The position numbers and the translations under genes were made by a program. 64,000 nucleotides of DNA from Candidatus Poribacteria bacterium. Lineage in GTDB: Bacteria > Poribacteria > WGA-4E > WGA-3G. Numbering within the stretch: position 1 is the stretch's first letter; each line of letters begins with the position of its first letter. The stretch is from NCBI GenBank assembly GCA_964291315.2, contig OZ219750.1, forward strand, positions 586,351 to 650,350, in the 5' to 3' direction. Shown here piece after piece: positions 28,973 to 38,602 of the stretch. Below the pieces are notes generated by a model. It had not been told where the DNA came from and did not search any database. It saw only the letters and a program-made list of their open reading frames with translations.

Positions 28973-30133
28973 TCAACCCAATACCCGTTTTTCAAGACTG
29001 TTCAGTGCTTCTTCAACCAATGCTTCTATATCTAAGTTTGACTCTGCGACCTCTAACTCGGCGAGCGAGGCCCGAGTGGCAGGATGCTTCGGCACGAAGA
29101 GGGAACAACAATCCTGATGTGGCCGTGTGGATACCTCAAAGGTGCCGATCCGTTGCGCCTTTTCGATAATTTCAGTCTTATCCTCACCGATGAGTGGACG
29201 AAGAATTGGAATGTCAGCAATTGCTTCGATGGTCCGCAGGTTCGTCAGCGTCTGTGAGGCGACTTGTGCGAGACACTCACCTGTAACGAGTGCCTCCGCG
29301 TTTACCAGGGTCGCGACACGCTCCGCGATACGGGTCATCATTCGTCGATACAACAAAACGCGGAGCGGTGCTGGGGTTCCAGTAACAATAATCTGCTGGA
29401 GTTCAGCGAATGGAACTAGATAGACAGCGCTCCGATAATTGAAGGCTGCCAAAATTCGAGCGAGTTCTGTCACTTTCTCCAAGGAAGTTTTATCTGTATA
29501 TGGATAGCTATAGAAGTGAATGAAAACAGCTTTCGTACCGCGCTTCATCATTTGCCACGCAGCAACAGGAGAATCAATCCCGCCTGACAACATGACAAGC
29601 ACGTTCCCGCTTACACCAACCGGTAATCCCCCAATACCGGGGATCTTTTCTGTGGAAATATAGACGTTTTTCTGTGTTATTTTAATCCAACAGACGAGCT
29701 CCGGATTATGCATATCCGCCCGTGATCCGGTTTTTTCGAGGAGATACCCGCCGACCTCGGCACTGATTTCGGGTGAAGTTAAGGGGAAAGTTTTATCGGT
29801 TCGTCTCGTTTCGACCTTAAGAGATGCATGCGGTTTTCCTTGGATTTGCTTTAAGGCGGTCTTTTTGATAGCAGTAATGTCTTTTTCCGTAGAGCAAGCG
29901 AGCTCAAAATAGGCGATTCCCATAACTTGTTGCAGCCGTTTCTTAATTTCAAGAATGTTGGCGTTTTCCCCAAGCCGTACGAGAATTCTATCATGAAGTC
30001 GCTTTACTTCTGCATAGCCAGTCCCGCGCAGAGCAACTTTGATATTGCTTACGAGCCGTTTTTCAAAAAATATCCTATTTTTCCCTTTGAGCCCAACTTC
30101 GGCGTAGTGGACGCTAAACAAGTCTTCCATCAT
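28973..30133 (-). CDS. thiI: tRNA 4-thiouridine synthase ThiI (no rhodanese domain)
   Basis: HYAEVGLKGKNR, THUMP region, GGLPVG, SGGIDSPVA, QVASQT, DCC. Confidence 0.93.
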   Translation of the reverse strand: MMEDLFSVHYAEVGLKGKNRIFFEKRLVSNIKVALRGTGYAEVKRLHDRILVRLGENANILEIKKRLQQVMGIAYFELACSTEKDITAIKKTALKQIQGKPHASLKVETRRTDKTFPLTSPEISAEVGGYLLEKTGSRADMHNPELVCWIKITQKNVYISTEKIPGIGGLPVGVSGNVLVMLSGGIDSPVAAWQMMKRGTKAVFIHFYSYPYTDKTSLEKVTELARILAAFNYRSAVYLVPFAELQQIIVTGTPAPLRVLLYRRMMTRIAERVATLVNAEALVTGECLAQVASQTLTNLRTIEAIADIPILRPLIGEDKTEIIEKAQRIGTFEVSTRPHQDCCSLFVPKHPATRASLAELEVAESNLDIEALVEEALNSLEKRVLG

Positions 30134-30165
30134 TTATCTCGCGCTAAAAAATTTAAGACAGAGCT

Positions 30166-30900
30166 TTACAAAGCGCGGACAGCATCTGTCAAGCTAAAAT
30201 GGATTTTCGCTATATCTTCCAAGGCGGGACTTCCGTGCAATCGAACAAATTTTCTGCCGGCATCAATAACTTGGTGCGCGCCTCGGGGTAAGGTCATTTT
30301 ATATTTTTCAGACAGTGCATCTATCCGCCTCAAAAAGGTGTCACGAGCAATAATAGAAGCTGCAGCAACCGCAATATCCCGTTCCGCTTTTGGCACTTGG
30401 ACTATCTCGAGTTCCAGAAAGGTTCGATTGGGGTGTCTACTCGGGGGTTGAGAAGAAGTTGCAAGTTGTAGAGGCGGGACACCGTTTGTCCGTTGCGTGA
30501 GCTGGGGCTTGATGAGGTCGTTTTTGGAAAATCTGTCAACCAAAGCGTGTTTCGCGCCTACCCGATCCGCTAGTGTAAAAATTGCTTCTGCATGGAGTGA
30601 GGCAAGCAGGTGGTTTAGATTTTGTCCACGTTTGCGGAAGTCATCGTAAAGGGCGTTATAGTCAGTGGGCATTTTTTCTACCACGGCGATATGCTGCTCA
30701 TAGCGACAGCGTATCAGTTCGGCGAGGCGTTGAACGCGCCGTTGTGATAGTGTTTTTCCATCTGTGATACCTGCAGTTGATAAGGTTTCACAACACTCTG
30801 CGTTTACGTAGACAGCTGCCACAACAAGCGGCCCGAAATAATCGCCTTTCCCTGATTCGTCTGTGCCAATCCAAGCATTCCAGTTGTGTATTGTGTCCAT
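30166..30900 (-). CDS. rnhC: Ribonuclease HIII (short, apparently lacking the N-terminal TBP-like domain)
   Basis: IGTDESGKGDYFGPLVV, YN.LY, KAERD.AVAAASIIAR, LPRGA, AKIHF. Confidence 0.85.
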   Translation of the reverse strand: MDTIHNWNAWIGTDESGKGDYFGPLVVAAVYVNAECCETLSTAGITDGKTLSQRRVQRLAELIRCRYEQHIAVVEKMPTDYNALYDDFRKRGQNLNHLLASLHAEAIFTLADRVGAKHALVDRFSKNDLIKPQLTQRTNGVPPLQLATSSQPPSRHPNRTFLELEIVQVPKAERDIAVAAASIIARDTFLRRIDALSEKYKMTLPRGAHQVIDAGRKFVRLHGSPALEDIAKIHFSLTDAVRAL

Positions 30901-31159
30901 TTAATTTTTTAAGCTATTAGTACTGGGTACCCTGAACATTGTTCGTAATGATCTACAATTGTTAAAAAGTTTGCTTTGGATTATGAACGGTTTCTTAACT
31001 ATTCAGAATCTGCAGCAACGTCTAAAGACTGAATTCCGAATTTCTGAAAATTCGGTATCTTGCTTACCTACGGCTTTGACGCGTTCCGTCAGTTCGGTAT
31101 CACGTAAATTGCCATCCACATCAAGTGAATCGGACGAGTTCAGGATTGATCCGTCATTT

Positions 31160-31199
31160 GCCGGGTTTACGTAAAAGAACTAAGATTTCGGAAACCACT
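31160..31199. repeat. Copy 1 of a ~40-bp dispersed sequence (probable IS/MITE end)
   Basis: GCCGGGTTTACGTAAAAGAACTAAGATTTCGGAAACCACT; the core AAAAGAACTAAGATTTCGG also occurs at about 46601. Confidence 0.65.
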
Positions 31200-31211
31200 T
31201 CCTGGTCCACT

Positions 31212-31590
31212 TCAATCTGTTAGGAGCGGTAAAATGAGAATAGCTCCTAGAGTTTTTTGCGTTGTCTTCGGGGAGTTATCTACCCACACCGGAGAGTTCG
31301 ACACCACTCCGTTTGCAAGCCTAGTGGGCTCTGTACGGTACACCGTTACCTCTTTGGGTTCATTTTTTTTTAACGTGAACCTGTAAGGCATTTTTTTGAC
31401 ATCAGGGAAGGTGTAGGCACCGTTTCTGTCAGTCATGGTGTACTCTCCGGACCTTTCACCTGCAATGATGGTTACCGTTGCATTTTGCACTGACTGGTTT
31501 TCCCTGATCTCGATACGGTCGTTGTAGAAACAACCCACACAGAGCACTCCTCCCTCAAAGTATAAATTATTTTTCTTCTTTTTTCAATTG
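31212..31590 (-). pseudogene. Decayed secreted/lipoprotein gene (carboxypeptidase-regulatory-like domain)
   Basis: VGC, NATVTII.G.R.G....TD.NG.YTF, EPKEV; no clean start, poly-A tracts, ends at the dispersed repeat. Confidence 0.5.
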
Positions 31591-31887
31591 CTTATTTCTC
31601 CATAACAGACAGCATAACCGCTTTCACTTGATAATCTTGGTTATCTGCTACCTACGCCTTCCTTTGCAGCGCAATAAACAGTGAGACACTCTTCGTATAT
31701 GTATATGCAAGCATTACCGGGTACAACTGCGCCCCTCGTTGATTGCTGGTCTTATATTCTATCGGCTATTGCACCAGATATTTATCGAACCCGCGAATTA
31801 TACCTTATCTAAAAGTATATCATAATTTAAAACCGGACATCATCTGTTTCCACGGTAGACTGAGGAACTGTAGCGGACAGATTTTTC

Positions 31888-31916
31888 TTGACATAATTAA
31901 TGGGTTTTTGTAAACT
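31888..31916 (+). promoter_or_regulatory. sigma70-type promoter upstream of the LamG gene
   Basis: TTGACA-N17-TAAACT. Confidence 0.65.
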
Positions 31917-32038
31917 ACCCCGGTAATTTAAAATGTGAGTCTCTTTCTAACTTAACTATGGGCATCGAACAGTGCCCTATGAGCAAGCGACTTGCACTGT
32001 ACCCTAATAAACCTGTTTTGGACATGAGGAGGTTACTC

Positions 32039-32824
32039 ATGCGTTCAATGATATATTTGTTAGCTGTCGCCCTACTGATGGTAGTCCCTGCAGCCTTTAC
32101 ACATGCGATGGTTGAAGACGACGGTTTGATCGTTTACTTTAGTTTCGACGAAGCAAAAGGTGGCATCGTTAAGGATGAAACTGGTGGTGGAAATGACGGG
32201 AATCTTGACAACGCAAAGATTTCTACCAATGAGGCCGTCCACGGAAATGGGTCATTGGAATGCGGAGAAGGCAATTCCAGTATGACTGTTGACACATTCA
32301 AAGAGTTGGAAGAATATCAGGATAACACTTTTCTGTTTTGGCTTAACTTTATCGAAGGCAACGATGGCAATTGGAACCAAATTGTAGCGAAAAAGGCCCC
32401 GGGTTCTGATCGTTCTCCGGGTATATCGACCTGTACCAATACCTTAAATATTCATTGGCGGTTCAATCCTGGAAACCAAGGAACCGAGTGTGCCGGGCCC
32501 GATGGAGAAGGCGACCAGTTTGAAACCGGTAATTGGCATCACCTTGCAGGTGTGAAAAACGGTGCTAAACTGATCTTTTACGTTGATGGCAAAGAGATTC
32601 AAGAAAACGCTGTACCGGAAGAACATCTACAAGGCGGAGAAAAACTGTATATCGGTAAAACCGGCTACAGTGCTGCCCGTTTTTACATCGACGATCTCTA
32701 TGTCTACAACAGAGCCCTTAGTGGAAAAGAGGTTGTAAGCGTTATGGAGGGCGGACTGCTCCCGGTTGAACCTGATAACAAAATTTCTACTACGTGGGGA
32801 CAACTCAAAAGGCATCGCTACTAA
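32039..32824 (+). CDS. Secreted LamG (concanavalin A-like) domain protein with C-terminal VEPxxKxxTTWGxLK tail
   Basis: RBS AGGAGG; signal peptide; LIVYFSFDE; WHHLAGV...FYVDG; IDDLYVYNRALS; PVEPDNKISTTWGQLK. Confidence 0.88.
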   Translation: MRSMIYLLAVALLMVVPAAFTHAMVEDDGLIVYFSFDEAKGGIVKDETGGGNDGNLDNAKISTNEAVHGNGSLECGEGNSSMTVDTFKELEEYQDNTFLFWLNFIEGNDGNWNQIVAKKAPGSDRSPGISTCTNTLNIHWRFNPGNQGTECAGPDGEGDQFETGNWHHLAGVKNGAKLIFYVDGKEIQENAVPEEHLQGGEKLYIGKTGYSAARFYIDDLYVYNRALSGKEVVSVMEGGLLPVEPDNKISTTWGQLKRHRY

Positions 32825-32837
32825 CTTCATCTTCCAA

Positions 32838-32868
32838 ATGTAGGGACGGTTCCTGTACCGTCCTACAT
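32838..32868. repeat. GTAG-type REP-like palindrome
   Basis: ATGTAGGGACGGT-TCCTGT-ACCGTCCTACAT. Confidence 0.65.
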
Positions 32869-32919
32869 CTATTTCTTCGCCTACGCATGCGCACTGATCA
32901 ATTCCGCCTGTTCTCCATC

Positions 32920-34257
32920 ATGAAGATTCTGTTTTTTTCTCTTACCTTTTTCTTTCTATTTTTACTCATGCGGGGGTGGTGCTATACGGAAGAGAAAATC
33001 AACAGCCGGGTTGAACGCGGTGTCCGTTACCTTGATACTGAACAGTACCATCTGGCACTCACCGAATTTCAAGCTATCCGAAAAGAATGCGATACATCCG
33101 AGAGTATTAGTAGTCTCGCGCAATGTTATATCGGTATTGTCTATCAGGAGCTCAATAGCTTGAGTGAGGCGATAAAAGCATATCAGAATGCATTGGCACT
33201 TAATGGACAGCCGAGAATTCATGCGAATGCTCACCTTCATTTAGGTATTGTCTACAAAGCGCAAGGCAGGTTAGCATTAGCTGAAAGCCATCTCAGACAA
33301 GCTCTTTCACATTTGGCTGAAACAGCCGAAGCGTATATTCATCTTGGCGATGTCTACGCACTCCAACGTAAGTTTGATGCTGCTGAACAGGCTTATCATG
33401 AAGGGATCCGCTTGAACCCAAGCCATCCTGAATCCTATTACGGGCTGGGGCGAGTTGCAGAGATGCAAAGTCATTTGGAGCCAGCTGTGAAGTATTACGA
33501 CGCTGCGCTCGTACGAAACCAGTATCTATTGCAGGCACATTATCGACGGGCGCTCATATACCGACGGCTTGGTGACAGCGAACAAGCTAAAATCGCTATG
33601 GTACAGTTCCGGCATTTGAAAATTTATGAGGATAGGATGCACCAATACCGTGAAGCCCTCTACACAAATCCGAATTTGCCCATGCTTTACATCAAACTCG
33701 GGGAACTCCATGAGAGTTATGATAACTTAACGGAGGCATTCCGGATCTATGAAGTCGCAACGCAGGTACATCCAGCTTATTTACCAGCATACCTGAACCT
33801 TGGTCGGATATCCGTTCAACGGCGCGATCTTGAAAAAGCAACCTATGCCTATCAGAAGGCCACAGAAATTGACCCCAATGAGCCACAAGTGTGGGTAAAA
33901 TTAGGGGTCATCTATATCAACCGGCGCCAATTTGAATCAGCAATGTTGGCATTCAAACAGGCGATTGCCGTGGATAATACGGCAGCAGAGGCATATAACA
34001 GCTTGGCGCGGCTCTATGCAGGACTCGGTAAAGAGAGACAACAAGCAGTTGCCTTAGCTGAACACGCAGTCACCTTGCTGCCAACAGCAAGAAATTACGA
34101 CACACTCGCCTACACTTACTACCGCAACGCGGAATATGATGATGCCTTAGCTGCGATTAATCAGGCACTTGTGTTAGCACCTGATACGGATGAATATAGT
34201 AAGTTACGACTGAAAATTTTGGAAGCACAAGTTACAACTAAGTACCGTAAAAAATAA
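32920..34257 (+). CDS. Exported tetratricopeptide repeat protein
   Basis: Hydrophobic N-terminus followed by about 11 TPR units (AYIHLG..Y...A..AY..GIRLNP). Confidence 0.88.
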   Translation: MKILFFSLTFFFLFLLMRGWCYTEEKINSRVERGVRYLDTEQYHLALTEFQAIRKECDTSESISSLAQCYIGIVYQELNSLSEAIKAYQNALALNGQPRIHANAHLHLGIVYKAQGRLALAESHLRQALSHLAETAEAYIHLGDVYALQRKFDAAEQAYHEGIRLNPSHPESYYGLGRVAEMQSHLEPAVKYYDAALVRNQYLLQAHYRRALIYRRLGDSEQAKIAMVQFRHLKIYEDRMHQYREALYTNPNLPMLYIKLGELHESYDNLTEAFRIYEVATQVHPAYLPAYLNLGRISVQRRDLEKATYAYQKATEIDPNEPQVWVKLGVIYINRRQFESAMLAFKQAIAVDNTAAEAYNSLARLYAGLGKERQQAVALAEHAVTLLPTARNYDTLAYTYYRNAEYDDALAAINQALVLAPDTDEYSKLRLKILEAQVTTKYRKK

Positions 34258-34551
34258 ATTTGCGGTCACAATAGAAAGAAAAAACTGGGTGAAAAGGTAA
34301 AAAGTGGTGCTAGATTTGACTGCTTTGAGATCGGTACCCTCGAAAATGATGTTGATCGGCTCGAAACATATGAACGTTCGTGGACAGAAATTCGTAAATT
34401 GATACCTGAAGCAAACAATAAAAATGTTACGCTTGTACTCGAAAATATTTGGAATGAGTTTCTTCTTAGTCCAATGGAATTTTGCCAATGTCTTGATGAA
34501 TTTGAGAACGACACGATCCCTGTCTGCGCTAACTACCCCGCTTGGAAATAA
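34258..34551 (+). pseudogene. Internal fragment of a sugar phosphate isomerase/epimerase (xylose-isomerase-like TIM barrel)
   Basis: Translated by hand: YERSWTEIRKLIPEANNKNVTLVLENIWNEFLLSPMEFCQCLDEFE; no start codon ahead of it. Confidence 0.65.
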
Positions 34552-34563
34552 TCTAGGAAATCA

Positions 34564-35355
34564 ATGGAAATCGTTATTCAACCTACCTATGCACAGCTTG
34601 TAGTGGTTTCAGCAGAAATTATTCGGGACGCTCTATTAAAAAAGCCGAATCTCGTTTTGGGGCTTGCTACGGGCAGCACCCCGATTGGCCTCTACGAAGT
34701 CTTGATACGGATGCACAAAACAGACGGGCTTGATTTCTCGAAGGTGACGACTTTTAACTTGGATGAATACGTCGGAATCCCGCCAAGTCACCCGTATAGT
34801 TACCATACCTTCATGGAGACGTACTTTTTTAGTTCGGTTAATATTCCGAAGGAGAATTGCCATATTCCACAAAGTACTGCAGTGGCACATGAAGAATTCT
34901 GCGAAGGATATGAAGCAGCAATCGTAAGTGCTGGTGGTATTGACATCCAAGTGCTCGGCATTGGGAAGGATGGACATATCGGTTTTAACGAGCCCAGTTC
35001 TTCCCTGGGTTCTCGGACCCGCATTAAAACGCTCACACAGGCTACCTTGGAGGCGAACGCTCCACATTTCGGTGGGGCTCTTGATGCCGTGCCGAGAATG
35101 GCCATTACAATGGGGGTGCGCACGATTATGGAAGCTAAACAGTGTTTGCTGCTAGCAAGTGGGAAGTCGAAAGCAGATGCAATCGCGCACGCTGTGGAAG
35201 GAGCTATTACAGCAGAGGTACCCGCCTCCGTTCTACAGATGCATCCGCGAACAATTGTGGTTATTGACGAGGCAGCGGCTTCACAATTGAAGCGCGTAGA
35301 TTACTATAAACAGGTTTATGCGAATAAGCAGAAGCTCTTGAGTAGTAGTCAGTAA
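34564..35355 (+). CDS. nagB: Glucosamine-6-phosphate deaminase
   Basis: LGLATGSTP, TFNLDEYVG, GGIDIQVLGIG.DGHIGFNEP, PASVLQMH. Confidence 0.95.
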   Translation: MEIVIQPTYAQLVVVSAEIIRDALLKKPNLVLGLATGSTPIGLYEVLIRMHKTDGLDFSKVTTFNLDEYVGIPPSHPYSYHTFMETYFFSSVNIPKENCHIPQSTAVAHEEFCEGYEAAIVSAGGIDIQVLGIGKDGHIGFNEPSSSLGSRTRIKTLTQATLEANAPHFGGALDAVPRMAITMGVRTIMEAKQCLLLASGKSKADAIAHAVEGAITAEVPASVLQMHPRTIVVIDEAAASQLKRVDYYKQVYANKQKLLSSSQ

Positions 35356-35495
35356 ATAGCAGTTAGTAATTCGGAGGGAATCTGAACTAAGGTTCAGATG
35401 ATTCTAAGATTTGCTATCATTAGAAGGTCTAGTCCCGGTAAATCTGATAATCCGGTAAATCGTAGTTCAGACGGTTTCCGATGCCCGATAGCTGC
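35345..35495. repeat. Composite intergenic repeat: 91-bp element with TCTGAACTA/TAGTTCAGA inverted ends nested in a heptamer-type element
   Basis: Inverted repeats at 35381-35389 and 35463-35471; CCGGTAAATC occurs twice; flanking GTCAGTAAATAGCAGTTAG and CCGATGCCCGATAGCTG arms. Confidence 0.55.
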
Positions 35496-35498
35496 GCG

Positions 35499-36953
35499 CT
35501 ATAAACCCTCTTTTTCACATAAACCGTACGCTTTTGCTTTTCGTTGAATCGTACGGCGGCTCACTTTCAATATTTCCGCTGCTTTTGCTTTGTTATTGTC
35601 TACGGATTCGAGGGTGGCTCGTAGGGCTTCACGGTTGATTTCATCAAGTGACATGCCGACTTCCACATTTAAGGGGCGTTTCTCGTCGATTGCGTCAGTT
35701 GGTTTCCAGATGTTGGGGACTGTGGGTAAATTTGAAAACGCTATCCCGGTCGCTTTGAGGATGCGTTCTGGTAAGTCGATCTGTTGGATTATAGTTTGGG
35801 TAGACATCACAACAAGGCCTTCGATACAGTTTTTCAGTTCTCGGACATTTCCAGGCCACTTGTATTTCATCAGTGTTCTGATGGCTTCTGGTGAGAGGTT
35901 TACCGGAGATTTGTTGTTTTGTAGGCAAAATTCTTTAAGAAAGTCTTTAACAAGTAAGGGGATATCTTCAATCCGTTCTTGAAGCGTTGGAAGATGAATA
36001 GGGATTACATTAAGTCTATCGTAGAGGTCAGGAAGGAAGGCACGTTTTTTAGATGCCTCCTCCAAATTGTGGTTTGTAGCGCATACAATTCGGACATCAA
36101 CTTGAATTGTTTTGTCTCCGCCGACGCGCTCAAATTCGCGTTCTTCGAGGACGCGCAGAAGACGTGCCTGATTAGATAAACTCAGCTGTGAAATTTCATC
36201 AAGAAACAAGGTACCTCCGTGGGCAAGTTCAAATCTGCCTTTGCGTTGATGGTATGCTCCACTAAAGGCGCCCCGTTCATGTCCGAAGAGCTCCGACTCA
36301 GCAAGGTTCTCATTCAGTGTTGCACAATTGAATGCTATCAAGGAACCGGGGCGCAAACTGCGGTGATGAATCGCTCGGGCAACTAATTCTTTCCCTGTGC
36401 CGCGTGCTCCGTAAATCATCACAGTCGCTTTTGTCGGTGCGATTTGGGCGATCATTTCACGGGTCCTAGTGATTTCGGCTGATTTGCCTGTCAAACGACG
36501 CAGCCCCTCATTTTCATCTATTTGTAATTGGAGCTGCCGGTTTTCGAACGTCAAGCGTTGGTTTTCGAGGGTTCTATGCAACAGTGCTTCTAGATGAACA
36601 GGGTTAACCGGCTTTGGCAGAAAGTAAGTGTCTTTGTACGCAAGCATTGCTCTGATACCAATGTCAGTTTCTAAGATATTGGTTTCTGTAATAAAAATTA
36701 CACCGACATCTGGATAATGCTGTGTTGCCGCCTCCACCAGTGCCAACCCATCAATCTGTCTGGCCTTCAACTGTGCGATAAGGATATCTATTTTCAGGTG
36801 TTCAATATGATGAAATGCCTGGTACATATTGCCTGTAACAACCAGACGCAGCCCTTTGCCTGCTAATGTTTCACAGATGAGTTCACGTTCCGCTTGATTG
36901 GCATCTACAATAAGCACGGTCTTCTGTGTGTCCATAGTTGGAGTGTGTTCCAC
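35499..36953 (-). CDS. sigma54-dependent NtrC-family regulator (atypical receiver, AAA+ domain, Fis HTH)
   Basis: GARGTGKE, ESELFGHERGAFSGA, LFLDEI, WPGNVREL, NKAKAAEILKVSRRTIQRK. Confidence 0.92.
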   Translation of the reverse strand: MEHTPTMDTQKTVLIVDANQAERELICETLAGKGLRLVVTGNMYQAFHHIEHLKIDILIAQLKARQIDGLALVEAATQHYPDVGVIFITETNILETDIGIRAMLAYKDTYFLPKPVNPVHLEALLHRTLENQRLTFENRQLQLQIDENEGLRRLTGKSAEITRTREMIAQIAPTKATVMIYGARGTGKELVARAIHHRSLRPGSLIAFNCATLNENLAESELFGHERGAFSGAYHQRKGRFELAHGGTLFLDEISQLSLSNQARLLRVLEEREFERVGGDKTIQVDVRIVCATNHNLEEASKKRAFLPDLYDRLNVIPIHLPTLQERIEDIPLLVKDFLKEFCLQNNKSPVNLSPEAIRTLMKYKWPGNVRELKNCIEGLVVMSTQTIIQQIDLPERILKATGIAFSNLPTVPNIWKPTDAIDEKRPLNVEVGMSLDEINREALRATLESVDNNKAKAAEILKVSRRTIQRKAKAYGLCEKEGL

Positions 36954-37088
36954 AATATCTCGGATTCCTAATCAAGGTTCTCTTACTTAATCCAAAAAAG
37001 TATTGTTTGAAGTTGAGAATTTTGATAGACTATAACATTATAATGTGTATTATGAAGAACCTCATTCACAATTTTTTGGGAGGAATAA

Positions 37089-37742
37089 ATGGATAGAAAA
37101 CTCGTTTCGTTGTATAGACTCGGCGGACTCACTAGTATCTTGAGCGGTTTCCTGATGCTCGCGTCAAGCATTTGGTTTATTTTGGATTTATCATCTATTT
37201 CCTCCGTCCAGTTGGAAGAACGGTTTGCGCTTCTGGATAAAACAGCGGTCTTTCACGGCATAGGGGTTGTAACACTTATCCTATTAATCCCGACCCTGTT
37301 AGCAAGTTGCGGTCTGTTTTATTCTATAGCGAGCACACGAACCATCTTGGGAGCGACTTTTGCCGTATCGTGGCTTATCGTGGAATTGATAGCGCACTGT
37401 TCGCAAACTGCCCCGTTGGGTGCCCTATCCAAATTGACAAGCGCAGCTGCTACTGCTTCAATTGGGGCAGCACTCTATACGCTCTGGGCTGAATGGGCGG
37501 AAGCTCTCTTCATGACCGGTGCCTTCCTCTGTGTGCTATTAGCGCTTTGTTACAGTTCTGCACTCAGGACATGGGGGAATCAGATTGCCTCATATCTGTT
37601 TTTTATCTCTATACTCGCTTTTCCAATCGGTGTTAGCTTGTTTGATTTTGGCATACAGCTGCATGTTCTCACCCGAGGCATCGCGTTTTTGTTCCTTGGT
37701 GGCATCCTTATACAGGTGCCTGTAGAAGCAGAAGAGGTGTAG
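37089..37742 (+). CDS. Hypothetical multi-pass membrane protein
   Basis: RBS GAGG; about 6 hydrophobic helices. Confidence 0.7.
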   Translation: MDRKLVSLYRLGGLTSILSGFLMLASSIWFILDLSSISSVQLEERFALLDKTAVFHGIGVVTLILLIPTLLASCGLFYSIASTRTILGATFAVSWLIVELIAHCSQTAPLGALSKLTSAAATASIGAALYTLWAEWAEALFMTGAFLCVLLALCYSSALRTWGNQIASYLFFISILAFPIGVSLFDFGIQLHVLTRGIAFLFLGGILIQVPVEAEEV

Positions 37743-37803
37743 CGATCGAATTTGGTTTCCCTGTATTCTCTTAACTAAAGCGTTTGATAGGAGGTAAGTT
37801 ACG

Positions 37804-38574
37804 CTATGTATCGTCTTCGTTTAATAGTCTTTCCAATTCTGCTAGGATATCGTCTTCATCACTATCTGCTTCTGTGACGTCTGTGTCAAATGCTTCCAAA
37901 TCAGAACGAAATTCTATGAGGTTACTGAGGTAGCGTTCACGTGTAATATTTTCTGCTTCGCCTTGTTCCTCGCGGAGACATTCGCCGCAAAACTCGCCGA
38001 TCTGTCGAATCCCCGTGTCTATGTGTTGTAATGCTGCTGCTTTGTCATCTTCTTGCAGACTTAATTCTGCGTTGGCGATGCTGTGCATCATCAGCATATA
38101 CCCCTTATATTGATAGCTCTGCCAAGCGATATCAGATGGGGCATATCGGCGCGCCAAATTTGTTACAGCGATATTAGTAGTGGTATCCCGTTGAACGTCT
38201 TTCCATCTTTGAATACTTGCAAATAGGAGATAGCGCGTGTAGCGATGGAAGGACTCCTCAAAGAGAGTTTGCCATTCCTCTGATTCCAATTGGAATCTTT
38301 CCTGAGTGCCATGCTCTTCCTCGTGTGCCTGCAACTTTGCGAAAAAGTAATCATAATAGGAAGCCACACCGTGTGGGCGTAGCCCATCAGGACGCCCGGT
38401 TGTATAAATGCGAGAGATGGTAAAGGCGTTCGGTTGTACAATGAGGACCTCCCTACCATCTGCGATTTTCAAGACACTCACGGGGCGTTCTATATCAAGA
38501 TTCAACGTTTCGAGAACCCGATCGAAGGCTTGAACCCATAGGGTGTTTCTTTGTATAGAGTCGTTCGTTTCCAT
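37804..38574 (-). CDS. Conserved hypothetical protein related to the GRPDG.RPHG family usually annotated as UvrB/UvrC-motif proteins
   Basis: DGREVL...TGRPDGLRPHG..SYYDY...RY..F.....V.RDT..N...Y.GY.LMM; acidic tail in place of a UVR motif. Confidence 0.55.
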   Translation of the reverse strand: METNDSIQRNTLWVQAFDRVLETLNLDIERPVSVLKIADGREVLIVQPNAFTISRIYTTGRPDGLRPHGVASYYDYFFAKLQAHEEEHGTQERFQLESEEWQTLFEESFHRYTRYLLFASIQRWKDVQRDTTTNIAVTNLARRYAPSDIAWQSYQYKGYMLMMHSIANAELSLQEDDKAAALQHIDTGIRQIGEFCGECLREEQGEAENITRERYLSNLIEFRSDLEAFDTDVTEADSDEDDILAELERLLNEDDT

Positions 38575-38602
38575 TTTTCTGTCCTTTTTATACTTTTTAG
38601 TT

